Source of the DNA: Macrostomum lignano
Taxonomy: Eukaryota
Direction: 5' to 3'
DNA: 64,000 nt
Assembly (NCBI GenBank): GCA_002269645.1
Contig: NIVC01002165.1
Span: forward strand, 62,001 to 126,000
In this document: piece by piece, positions 46,705-57,839 of the stretch
How positions within the stretch are numbered: position 1 is the stretch's first letter
Layout: each line of letters starts with the position of its first letter
Made by a program: the position numbers and the translations under genes
The notes under the pieces: model-generated
Seen by the model: the letters and a program-made list of their open reading frames with translations, nothing else
Databases searched by the model: none
Told to the model about the DNA's origin: nothing

Positions 46705-47757
46705 ATGAATTTCCTCTATCTTCATAACCTCCTACAAGACGGTCCGCATCGGGAGCCACGAGTTTACCTCGATAGACGGAATTTCGCTGTCAGTGCTGAA
46801 TTCACACAAAGATTCCGACTGAGTCCAGCTACTGCGGAGCATCTTGTGCAAAGAATTGATCCTCAGCTGGTGCCTTCTACGCAGCGAAGTTGTGCTCTGT
46901 CCCCACGGGAACAAGTCTTGACTGCTCTGCGCTTCTACGCAACGAATAGCTTTTATCACGTGCTACGGGATGCGCATGGCCCATCGACTGCATCCGTCTG
47001 CCGTGCAGTGCGCAATGTGTCACAGGCTGTGAATGAGCAGCTCTTCCAGGAGCAGGTGCGCTGGCCCGAGGATTCGCACCGAATCGGCCGTGACTTTTTT
47101 CGAGTCGCTCGCATGCCATCCGTGTGCGGCCTGGTGGATGGAACGTTGGTCCCAATCATTGCCCCAAGAGTCAATGAGGAGCAATTTGTGGACTGTAAGG
47201 GCCAACACTCATTGAACGTGATGCTCGTGTCAGGTCCCCAACACCAATTCCTGGCATGTAACGCGTCCTGGCCGGGAAGTGTGAACGACGTTCGCGTGCT
47301 GCGTAATAGCAGCGTGTATGATGCGTTCGAGAACGCAGGATTTCGACCATTTCACGATGCAGTCTTATTGGGAGACTCAATCTACCGATGCCTTGAATGG
47401 CTGGTCCCACCTGTCCACGGTGACAATCTCCCGGTTGCATCTCGGCGGTTCAACCGGGCACATCGAGTGACGCGCTCCTCGGTCGAGCGGAGCATTGGCC
47501 TACTGAAGCTAAGGTTTCCGTGTCTGCGGATGCTGCGCGTGGCAACCCCCGAGTTGGCTGGTGAGATTGTGAAGACCTGCGTCACACTACACAATCTCTG
47601 CATAAGCATCGAGGGAGAAGTTGACGACAACATCGTTCAGAAATACAACATCACGGAGGAAGAAGACGCTGGAGGACATCATGCCGTGGCAGCTCACGTT
47701 GCTCCTCACGGAGCTCGCCGACGGGACAGGCTTGTGGCCGGTTTCGCGGCACAATGA
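46705..47757 (+). CDS. Harbinger (HARBI1-like) DDE transposase, 350 aa
   Basis: RFRLS..LRFYATNSF, GLVDGTLVPI, SLNVMLV, WPGSVND, LLGDSIY, RSSVERSIGLLKLRF, LHNLCI. No stops. Confidence 0.93.
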   Translation: MNFLYLHNLLQDGPHREPRVYLDRRNFAVSAEFTQRFRLSPATAEHLVQRIDPQLVPSTQRSCALSPREQVLTALRFYATNSFYHVLRDAHGPSTASVCRAVRNVSQAVNEQLFQEQVRWPEDSHRIGRDFFRVARMPSVCGLVDGTLVPIIAPRVNEEQFVDCKGQHSLNVMLVSGPQHQFLACNASWPGSVNDVRVLRNSSVYDAFENAGFRPFHDAVLLGDSIYRCLEWLVPPVHGDNLPVASRRFNRAHRVTRSSVERSIGLLKLRFPCLRMLRVATPELAGEIVKTCVTLHNLCISIEGEVDDNIVQKYNITEEEDAGGHHAVAAHVAPHGARRRDRLVAGFAAQ

Positions 47758-48130
47758 GTGGCGCTTTTGTGGTCTACACTGTGGTTGTCGTTTGTCAGTG
47801 GTAACAAACCATTGCTACTTTACATGCGATAGTTGTGTCCAAATTTGTGTCGAAAGTTTGTTTTGGGTGTTCATGTTTTTGGAAGGAAGTGGTCACTGTA
47901 TTACTACATGTACCTTCGGCATATGAAAGCAAAATGGATAAGGCCAAACAGCCCCCTGTCAATTGTCAACGCTTCAATAAACGCATATTATCCATTGTGT
48001 ATTTCCAGCACGATACTATGATGTACTTTTCGTGAAAAACGATCGTAACATCGACATACATGTACTGAAATGTAACAACAGTAGCAGTAACAACAAACCT
48101 TGAGCAGCTAAAGGCACCATACTGCAAGGC

Positions 48131-48816
48131 TTAAATACTATCATGCACCGACCTCGTCTTCAACTCTCGGATCTCGAGCTTCAGCTTTTCGTTTCGCAAC
48201 CGTAAATTTTCGAGCAGCAACTCTTCCTTCTCGTCGTATATCTTGCGCTTCAGCTGCTTCCTTGGAGTATCAGGTTCTGGATCTCGAATTGGACTATGTG
48301 CTTCAGCTAGCAGTTCTATCATCGAAGGCCCGCCAGATTTGCAACGCGAGTGAGCGTCCGATGGTCCACCAGTCTCACTCTCGACTTGTGTCGATCGAAG
48401 AACGGCCATCTCCATGCCTTTCCCAAACAGCTAGAAGACTTCGATTGCGCTTCACCATTCAAAACGTTTGAGTCTTCAACACTCAGTCCGACGACACTGG
48501 CACTCTTCCTTCCGATGATCTGCAGCACGAGATCGTCCAGTTCGGTGATTTTACGCTCAACGCCCCCATCGCTTCCCGTCTTTCTTCTTTCATCGTTCTT
48601 CTTAATTGCTCCCAGCCTCAGATTTTTCCAGAGCGTGTCTCTCAGCTGCGTCACCGATTTGTCTACACCGTGAGCCACCATGATGCTTTGCACTTCGTTC
48701 CATGCTTGCAGCTTTCTCTTCTTACCGTCCGCATAGTCGTCGAATTTTCCCATAAGGACATCCTTCCGTCGTAGCATCTCAAGCAGAAACAGCTTCTTTT
48801 TCTCGTTCGACACCAT
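48131..48816 (-). CDS. Harbinger Myb/SANT-like accessory protein (two frames, joined by a possible 35-nt intron or a frameshift)
   Basis: KKRKLQAWNEVQSIM..SVTQLRDTLWKNLR..RKTGSDGG..ITELDDLVLQIIG, followed by the coiled-coil tail LLLENLRLRNEKLKLEIRELK in the neighbouring frame. Confidence 0.7.
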
Positions 48817-49193
48817 GGCAGAATAGTCACAGACGGGCCGATCCAGCGACAACCAGAGAATGATGTACGCGTCTCCTTTGGTATGTTTATTACAAAAAGA
48901 ACTTTTTTTGTTCTTTTAGAGTTTAGAACTTCTGCTTCAATAAAGCGGGCGCGAGACACGATAAAGTATGAAGTAGGGCTTTCCTGACGCAGAAAAGGCA
49001 CAAATCAATAATCGTCTTAGTGACGCCTCATGTCTATGGCAGAGACCCACGCTAGCATGCTTTTAGCCACGGCTTACTAGCCGTTGCTTTTTAGCATGGT
49101 GTTGTGAAAACACTTTTTCAGACGCGTCTAAATAGCACGGCTAAACTAGCTGCTGCTAACTGCTAACTGCTAGCTGTTTCGTGAAATCGGCCC

Positions 49194-52100
49194 CAGGCGT
49201 CAGCAGCTGTTGATGCTGCTGTGAGGGCTGTGTTCCGGAGTCCTCGGGGGGTGGTGGTAGCGGCTGTAAGTCTTCAGAAATGACACAGGAACTTCTGCCG
49301 ACGTTCTGACTGCTGTCCGACGCTCGCGCCCCGGCGGCTTGGTCTGCGTCAGCCTCGGTGTTGATCTCTGCTGCTTCACTATCGACTTGCATGGGACTAT
49401 GCCTCTGGAGTTCATCCAGGTGGGCCTTCTTGTACAGATCGGGCCCCACCTTGATAGTGGCCATGTTTGAACCCGTTGGGCAAACTAGTGAAGCTTCTTG
49501 AGCCCGTCGGCCGGCTTTGTAGATTAGATGCTCGCCGGGTGCCCAGTTTGGCCTATTGGAGAGCAGTGGTGCTCGGATCTTTCTGCCGAACAGCAGTTCT
49601 GCGGGTGATGCTCTGCTCTTCCCACCAGATGCTCGATAGAACAACAGGTAGCGATCGATAACTGCTTGACTGAGTCCGTTTGCTTTGATGGCCTCCTTAA
49701 TTGTCCGCACGAAACGTTCCGCCAAACCATTACTTTGAGGGTGGTACGCCGGCGTTGTGATCAAGTTGCCACCGACCTTTGTCAGCCATTGACGGGTCTC
49801 ATCACTGACGAAGCTCGGGCCGTTGTCTGACACCAGCTGATTTGGTACCCCTAGTTGAGAGAACGTTCGTCGCAGCCTACTCACAACTGTTGATGATAGC
49901 ATGTCTTTCGTCAGGTGTACCTCCGGATAGCCCGAGTAAGCATCCACCAGTATCAGAAGATAACTTCCTTCAATGGGTCCTGCGAAATCCATATGCACTC
50001 TCGTCCATGGTCCTTCCGGTTCGGGCCACGAGGTCCTGAAATTTCTGTTCTGAGGCTTGGCCATTTTACAAACACTGCAGCTCCCGACCTGCAGTTCCAC
50101 CATTTTGTCCATGCCTGGCCACCAGTAGCTCTCCCGAAGCAACGACTTGGTTCGTGCAATGCCGAGGTGCGCACTGTGTGCTGCAGAGACCGCTCTACTC
50201 CTCAGCGTCACGGGGACAACCAGCTTGTTTCCTCGAATTACTAAGCCGTCCTGGGTAGAAAGTTCACCAGCTAAAGGTTTGTATGCTCTGACCTCATCTG
50301 TACGGAAACGTCCTGTCTGGATAGCGTCAACTAGTTTCGTTAGTTCTTGACACTTCCGGCTGTGACACCTTAACTCCTGTAGACTCAGCAGAGTTCCTTC
50401 GCAGACAGGGGCGTGTCCGTCATGGTGAGTGGTCGCTGTGTTCGTCGGTTTAACCAATCTCGATAGTGCTTCGGATTTCATCTCGGCCGTGATGGTGTAA
50501 CTGTATCCAGAGAGCGTGATAGCCCACCTCTAAAGACGCGCCGACACACGCTCTGGTAGCTGGCTGTCGTGGCCGAAGATGAAGGTGAGAGGCCTGTGAT
50601 CCGTCACCAGCGAAAACTCGCGTCCGAATAGAAACCGGTGACAACGACGGACCGCCCACACGATAGCCAGAGCCTCTCGCTCGATCTGCAAATACTTCTT
50701 TTCTGCTGGTGACAGAACCTTGCTGACGAATATTATTGGCACGCCTTCTTGACTAAGAACTGCTCCGATTGCGACTTGTGACGCATCACACTCAAGTTCA
50801 AGCTGCTTACTTGGGTCATAGGTCGCCAGCATGGTTTCTTCAGTCAGGGCCGCCTTGATCCTTTGGAAGGCGGATTCTTCTGCGTTAGTCCACACGAACT
50901 CGCTATCCTTCCGCCTCAGCCTTGATAAAGGCTCGATCAGTTCAGCCAGATTTCTAATGAATCGACCGGAGGAGTTTATCATTCCTAGAAACGATTCCAG
51001 TTCGGCGATGCTTTTCGGAGCTGTCATCTCCCGGATGGCTCGAACTTTCTCCTCACTTGGCTTTATTACGCTAGATTCTAAGATGAAGCCGAGAAAGTGC
51101 ACGCGGTTCTTCGCAAACTGGCATTAGACTCGTTGATCTTGAGCTTGTAGCATGCCAGCTGCTTTCTGACCGCCGACTCTCGTTGACTGAGCTCTTGCTT
51201 CGTTCGGCCGCCAATCAGGATATCGTCGACATACGCCACGGCCCCGAGATGCCTAGAATCACCTCGGAGATAAACCGCTGGAAAATTGATGGCGCTGTTT
51301 TGATCCCGAAGACTAACCGATTGAAGCGAAAATTCCCGAACGGGGTGGCCATCACTGTCAACACCTTTGATGTTTCATCCAGCTCTATTTGATGGTACGC
51401 CTTCTTCAGGTCCAAAATAGAGTAGAAATGACAACCGGTGACAGCTGAAAAAGCCTCTCTGGGGTTGGCGATGGGTAACTGTCGTTCACAAGCTGAGGGT
51501 TTACTGTTTGCTTGTAGTCTACGCACAGTCGAATACCGCCATCTGACTTCTGGATGAGTACAATAGGAGACGCCCAGTTAGAAAACTTCACGGGTTCAAT
51601 TATTCCGTCCCTCAGAAGCTCATCAAGTTCTGATCGAAGCTTTTTTTTTAAAGCAAACGGAACTGAGCGTGCTTTCATGTACCTCGGTGTGGCGTCATCG
51701 TTGAGCTGTAGATGCGCCTTGAACCTGGTCTGAGCGTCGATCTCGGGCATCTCCTGTCCGGAATCCAGCACATGTGAGTGCCCAATCGATATTGCCTCCA
51801 GGTCAATGTGCACTACATCTCGCCCCAATAAGGCGAAGCTTCTGTTGGATGCCACAACATGGAACGTGACTTGAATCGGACCACCGTTCCAGACAGCTTG
51901 TAGCTCAAGTTGGCCTAGAAGGTCGAACTTATGGTCGTCCGTGTAGCCAATCAGTACAGCTTCACTGGGTTGCAGCCGCGGCTTACCCAAACTTCTCTAC
52001 AAGCTGCTCGACATGACAGATACAGTGGCCCCCGTATCGATTTGACACTGAATCTGCCTGCTTTTACCCTTGATGGAGCACGGCAGCTGGATGGTCGGAC

Positions 52101-53127
52101 AGGATCCTCCTCTGGTTGAGAGGGTGTTCGCGATCGCCAGGACATCTGCCGTCAGCACGTCTTCAGTCTTCGCTACGTGGTGTTGACTTCCGACTTTGGA
52201 TATGCACTGCTTTTCAAAATGGTTCGGCTTACCGCACTTGCGACAGGTTTTGCCGATGGCTGGACACTCTGATTTATTTTTGTGGTTGCCGCCGCATCTC
52301 GAACACCGGACACTACTAGGAGTAGGAGCGCTGGAAGCATTTGACTTCTTGTCGGTTAGCCTCTTTGGCTTCTGCGGTACTTGTTTTCCGACATTCATTA
52401 CTTGCCCTGTCTGAACTGCCCCAGCCAACTGCATTAATTTCGTCTCTTTCAACGCTAGAATCGCCTCCGCTTATGACACGGCCGTCTTAAAAGTGAGTTC
52501 TTCGTGATCCTTAACTAGCAACTTGGCTATTATTACCTTGTCGTTTAAGCCGAAAATCAACTGATCTCGAAGTCGCTCCTCTCTGTTGGCAAACAGACAC
52601 TTGTCAGATGCTTTTAGCAAGCGCTCTGCAAACGCTCTAACAGATTCCGCCGATTCGCGCTTCAGACTCTGAAAAGTGAAGCGTTCGGCCAAAGTGTATG
52701 TCTGTGGTTGCAAGATCTCCTTCAGTGCTTTTTGCAGTTCGTCGAACGTCTTCGAGCTTGGCGAATCAGGTGACAGATGGTCTGCTAGACTGTCATCCAA
52801 CGCCGGTGATAGCCTCATCAACAAAAATTGGGCCATGTCTTCGCTTGTCCATCTGTAAAATCGAGACGCGATTAAGAAGCGATCAAGCCAACGTTGGAAC
52901 AACCGGCCATCCTCCAACTTCTCGATGTCGGCCATATGAGTAGTCGAACGGTTGTGAAATCCATCGTTGAGCTGGTAGTTTCCAAACAGCTGCTGAATTT
53001 CTATAACCGGTGACTTGGTAGGCGCCTTTACTTTCGAAGCCTTAGAAGGTTCCTTAGTAACGGTCTTGGCAGCTCCCATGGCAGGCGACTTGATGGGCGA
53101 CATGTGGGTACTAGTGTCCTTGCTCAT
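49194..53127 (-). pseudogene. gag-pol of the 46108-53385 Gypsy element
   Basis: ORFs 52471-53127, 51997-52452, 51406-51990, 51215-51526, 50530-51102 and 49156-50481 are co-linear gag, protease, RT, RNase H and integrase pieces. Confidence 0.9.
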
Positions 53128-55084
53128 TGTGTGCTTGCAACGCCACTGTTATGTCTTGAAGAAGCCACACACGATGATTGTAGCGATGGTATGCGAGTCT
53201 GGCTCGTCTTAAATATGATCAGCTCTGATCTTTCTCGTTTTATTATCATAAGCTCATCGACTTGGATTGCTTCACGACCTGTAGCCATAGCTTTTCATTA
53301 GAGTCTATGGCTCGACATGGCTATTCGTACGTAGCAATAATAATAAATAAAACTCTGCCTTTATACTTAAGGCTAGTATGCAACACGCAGAATCGGTGAA
53401 ACGCCTCGGTCTTTGCGAACGGTCCCAGTTAAGGTTGTTCCTCTGGTCAGTAGGAACTTGGCCAGTCGCACTGATGAAAACCAACTGTCCCAAAAGACCC
53501 GAAATCCAAGGTCCAGAATGTCGCGACAAAGTTCTACGACGACTCTCTCACTGATTGAGAGCTGCGGCATATTGTTGCCGAACTGTTCATTCGCAATGGT
53601 TGTTGAATGTATTAGACAGTTCCACATATAGCCTGTAGAAGACTCTGCAAGGCAGTGCATCTTGATGCCAAACTTGGCTCTCTTGTTGGGCATGTACTGC
53701 TTAAAAAGCAGCCTCCCCTTGTAGAGCAGCAGCGCTTCATCAACGGCAATGCTTTGACCGGGCAGGTAGCTGTTCTTGCAAACTGTCCGGATAATGTCTA
53801 GGAACGGCCTGATCTTGCACAAGGGATCATCAGCGTCGAAGTCAATATAGTCATAGCAACGCAGCCATGTAATGATTTGTTGAAACCGCGAGCAGGGGAG
53901 CATCTTCTTGCTTTGAAAGTAGGAATGGAAGTAGAACGGGTCCGTGGACCAGTAAGCCGCCAGCTCCAGTTTCTGTACAACTCCAGTAAACAGTATAACG
54001 CCGATCACCTTTTCATCATCTCCGTGTTCTTCTTGAAACTTGGCAATATCCAGCTGCACTCTCTTTTTTGTCCACATGCACATCTGAAGCAGAAAGTCAT
54101 CGGGTAAAAATTGTTCGAAAATGACTGTCCAGCCGTCGTCAACATCAGCGGGTACAGAGAATCCCGAATTGACTCCGCTTGCCCCGAGAAACTCAGGAAG
54201 AGAATTAGCTCGAGCATCGGTCTCTGGAGTTACTGATCGCCAATCATCGTACATCATTCTCTGATCATCTTTCTCCGGTCCATCGTTGTCTGCTTGATTT
54301 TCGCCACCGTCCTCTTCCTCGCTCTCAGCAGTGACAAATGATTCATCGCTCCACTCATCGCTCGATTCGCTGTCGAGGCCCAAGTTTCGCAAGGCTTGCT
54401 TGGCTGTTTGCCGTCGCTGTCTGACCGCTTGCATTGTAAGATTTGGTAAGCTGGGATGGTGAGCTAAGGAAGCACCAGTAAAAATTCTTGCAGTTGACTT
54501 TTCATGCCTGTATTTTCTCTCTCTTGACTTTTTCTAGCTTGGCCATGCACAATCCTCCAGTCAAAGATGCCACTTTTCCTGTTGAGAAAGTGTTTTCTTG
54601 CTTGTGCATAATAGAGCAACTGTTTTGGAGTTCGATGTGTACAGCGCAGAATCAAAATTGTCTATGGCATGCATTCTTGCCATCTGGTAAGATAGACATG
54701 TGGGGAAGGAGTTCTGTCGTAGACAAGTGGTTAAACTCTGCTCAATGCACGTTAAACATTTTTATTCCCTAGTATATTTCAATCTCGCGGCTTAGTGACT
54801 CGCGAATAGTACACTGTACATGTTGCCATAGACAAATGAATAATTGCTCAGCCGTTGACGGCTCTTTCAAGTAAAAGTTCGTTAAACTAAAAGTTTTTCT
54901 TCAACTCCAACAATTAGTCAGTCTAAACAGGGAAATATGCTGTCACCGAGAAGGACATATCCTGGAAAAGGTCTCCACTGTTCCGTCTGGAATACTGTAA
55001 AAAGACTGCTATTTCACCAAATTCTAGCGTCGCTGACGCTGGCCAGCCATGAGGCGTTGCAATAATATAATTAATTACCTGGGC

Positions 55085-55823
55085 CGCTTACAAGAAGGAA
55101 GTTCAACGAATCAACGAACTGGTTCTCGTGTAGCTTCTTTTCAGTGTCCCGTCAACCAATCCACAAACGAACGGAAGTCCGGCGATGTCATAAAACTTCT
55201 GCGCAACGCCAAGCGGCTCAGGCCATGCAACGAATTTGTGGAAAAACTCGCCGTTGATAGCTGCTGTAACACGCATCACGACGCGCGTCACTGTCGCTTC
55301 AGAAGGCCCATGCGCATCCCGGAGAACGTGATAGAAACTGTTGATTGCATAAAACCTGTGTTTGCTCACGGGCAGTCAGGCTTCCACTTCTCGGGGCGTC
55401 GTATTCCAACTGCGGGCCAATACGCTCCATCGGAAATTCAAAACTTTCTGGATTCACTCGGAAGCGCTGCTTGAGGTCATCACCGGCGGCGTAATTTACG
55501 CGATCATTTTTGAGCTCTCTTGTTGGCCGACGATCATCGACCGGGGTATCAGCTAATTGAAGCGCGTCAAATAGTGGAATATCCATCCCTAGCCGCCTCT
55601 CGAGAATGCTAAACTTTAGCAGTTAAAGTTGTGTCCTTTTAGCAGAACTGAAACCGCGAACTAGCAGTCTGCTAAAACCAAGCCTTTGGACCATAGACAT
55701 CGCTCAGAAACCCCTCTCTTCCGACTGCTAGGCTCGTGAAGCCAAAAGTTAGCAGACTGGCAAAAATCTGTTTGGGACTGCTAGACTAATAAAACCAAAG
55801 CAGTGCTTCATGAAATTGGTCCC
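55085..55823 (-). mobile_element. 5' fragment of a Harbinger element with a frameshifted transposase related to the 46705 copy
   Basis: TIR at 55801-55823. QRFRVNPESF..LTAREQ..RFYAINSFYHVLRDAHGPS..CGLVDGTL, then truncated. Confidence 0.85.
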
Positions 55824-57839
55824 TAGAGAATTGCTGCAAAGTCGCAAAGTTCCACAATTTTGCGGGCCGCACGGCCCTCAGAATCGTCGGTGTCTGCCAG
55901 TGATTTAGTCGATGGCATTTTTATCAAGTGTAGAAAATAATAATTTCAACAGTATAGTTATAACAGTAGAAGTCAGCATAATAACAAAAGAATGTTTATA
56001 AACAGAAGCAGTTAGTTCGCTGTTGCTATGCCAAAAGGCTTTAGTGTTAAAAGTTAGGTTTAGTCTTTGGTTCAAAGTACCGCAATAGTACTTGTAGAGC
56101 TGTAGCTCTGAGACCGTAAGTAAGAACTCAGGCTTCGAGTCCCTAACTCTATTCCTACTGACCTTGAGCTTCTGCTCAAAGTCAGAGAAAATCCTCAAAG
56201 TTTGAGGTGGAACTCGCAAGTTTTTACTCACTTTATTCATAAGGCCTATTGTCCTTTGCATCCATTTTGTGATGAACCGGGGGAAGAATCCCAAGGCTCC
56301 CCCGCCTGACCCGGGTTCGTGTACTGATCCTTAGCGCTACGGTCGTCCAACCTACGCGCGTACGACGCAGAGTCGGTTGGGATCAGGCCAATCGAGCGTA
56401 CGACGCACGGTGGCCTCCAGCTAAGCAGACGACGCTGAGCTGGTTGGGGTGGGAATCGGCGTACGACGCTATCTATCCCGGCTAAGCCCTAAACATGCAA
56501 ACCCCGAAAAGACAAAGACAGAGTGCTCACGTTTCGCTTGCGGAATGGCCCAGGCCAGGCTTGGCTGTTGGCTCGACTCCGAGATGCAGATCGCCACTAT
56601 ATTTGTGCAGTCGCAAAGCAGATACAAACTCAGTCGCAGAGTTGCAACAACAGAGCAGGAGCGAGAGCGAGGAAAACAAGGGCCGCAGAGGCCTCATATG
56701 GGCAGGCATAATACGGGGGGGGGGGAGGCGCCAGACAGAAAAGCCCCGGGGCTTGCAGCCAATCAGAGAGCGCCAACTGGCCTGCCTGCGCCAGGGGGAG
56801 AGTACATTGCAAAGGCTGGGGAGGGGTTGAGAGAAAAACAAGAAACAAGTGGGGCTACTCAGAACGGGTTTCCGCCAATCAGAAGCCGGGGGCTGACGCA
56901 AGCGTCAGGGGGTGGGGCACATAAAAAATAGCGACGGAAAAAGAGAAGGTCAGGGGGCTTGATAGAGTACACAACAGGGAGGGCTTCACAACCAAAAGGG
57001 CAGGCGGGGAGGGGCGCATTCATCACAATTAATTAGCTTAATTTTCAATTCACGCACTTGATAAATTACAAAAGAGCTACAGAGGGAACCAGAATGATCC
57101 TACCTAGAACAAAAAGCACAGATCATACTCTTAGAAAATCACAAACGCGCTGCCAGCAAAGCAAGTATCCATCTGGCGCCTGATCCACTGGGATGTCGGC
57201 TCCGGTGGGCGACGATGAAGGATAAAAAAGCGAGATAGGCCGGCAGCCGGTGGCCGTGCAGGTGGCCGGGGGGGCCGAACCGCCTGTCTGCCTACCCGGA
57301 TCTCCTGCTGCGCGGCTTGGCGCGAGCGGCAGACAATGGGAATGGTGGGGGGTGTGCCGGCAAAAAGCCGGTGCTGCGGGATGAAAGGACTGCAGCTGGG
57401 TGTGGGCAAAAAATCAGACCTTTGATTGCTGCTGAGAAAGTGGTTCTCAGTGCAAATGGATTCGCTTCAGCAGTAAAATTCTGAGTGCTGCAGATTCAAT
57501 GCAGCCCCGCGGGCCTCAAGAGCCGGAGAGAAGGACCCGGACAGTCAGCTGAAAGCTTTGCACGAAACGGCACGTTTGGAACTCCCTTTCCTCACAGATT
57601 TTTGCCTTTCTTCATTTTCCATTTACCGTCAGGCAGGAGACAAAATGGAGGGCGCTGAGACAATGGTCCGATGCGGGAGGGGCGATAGAGAGGAAGCGGC
57701 GGCCGAGCTGAGTGAGCCTTTTGCTCAGAAAAGCCGGCGGGCAAATCGGAAAGCAAAAAAAGCGAATTGAGTTGGGGTTTGGGATTTTCTGACTTGCGAT
57801 GTGGATATGGGCTTGTCTCAGGCTCTGATGGGTCTGTAG

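Larger units (their letters stand above)
46475..49193 (+). mobile_element. PIF/Harbinger transposon, apparently intact, nested in the Gypsy pol 3' end
   Basis: Perfect 19-bp TIRs GGGCCGATTTCACGAAACA. TSD CAG at 46472-74 and 49194-96. Two convergent genes. Confidence 0.95.
46108..53385 (-). mobile_element. Ty3/Gypsy (Mag-like) LTR retrotransposon, full-length but defective
   Basis: LTRs at 46108-46347 and 53147-53385, about 97% identical. TSD CGCAG at 46103-07 and 53386-90. PPT at 46348-60 and PBS TGGCGTTGCAAGCAC. Contains gag with zinc knuckles, protease (IDTGA), RT (YVDD), RNase H and integrase, with two in-frame stops and several frameshifts. Confidence 0.95.
45460..54434 (-). pseudogene. 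piggyBac transposase split by the Gypsy insertion (54434-53386 joined to 46102-45460; 563 aa when restored)
   Basis: AVDEALLLYKGRLLFKQYMPNKRAKFGIK, VFWDSWFSS and YNQNMRGVD carry the DDD triad. C-terminal Cys-rich domain RCRVC..C..LCLEPCFFEWH. Removing the LTR element and one CGCAG restores SPILRDMLLQ in frame. Candidate 5' end ...AAGTGG|TTAA at 54730. Confidence 0.9.

Noticed and set aside
55905-56294. 129-aa minus-strand ORF
   Set aside because: Non-ATG start, no recognisable family, and AT-rich codon usage unlike the host genes.
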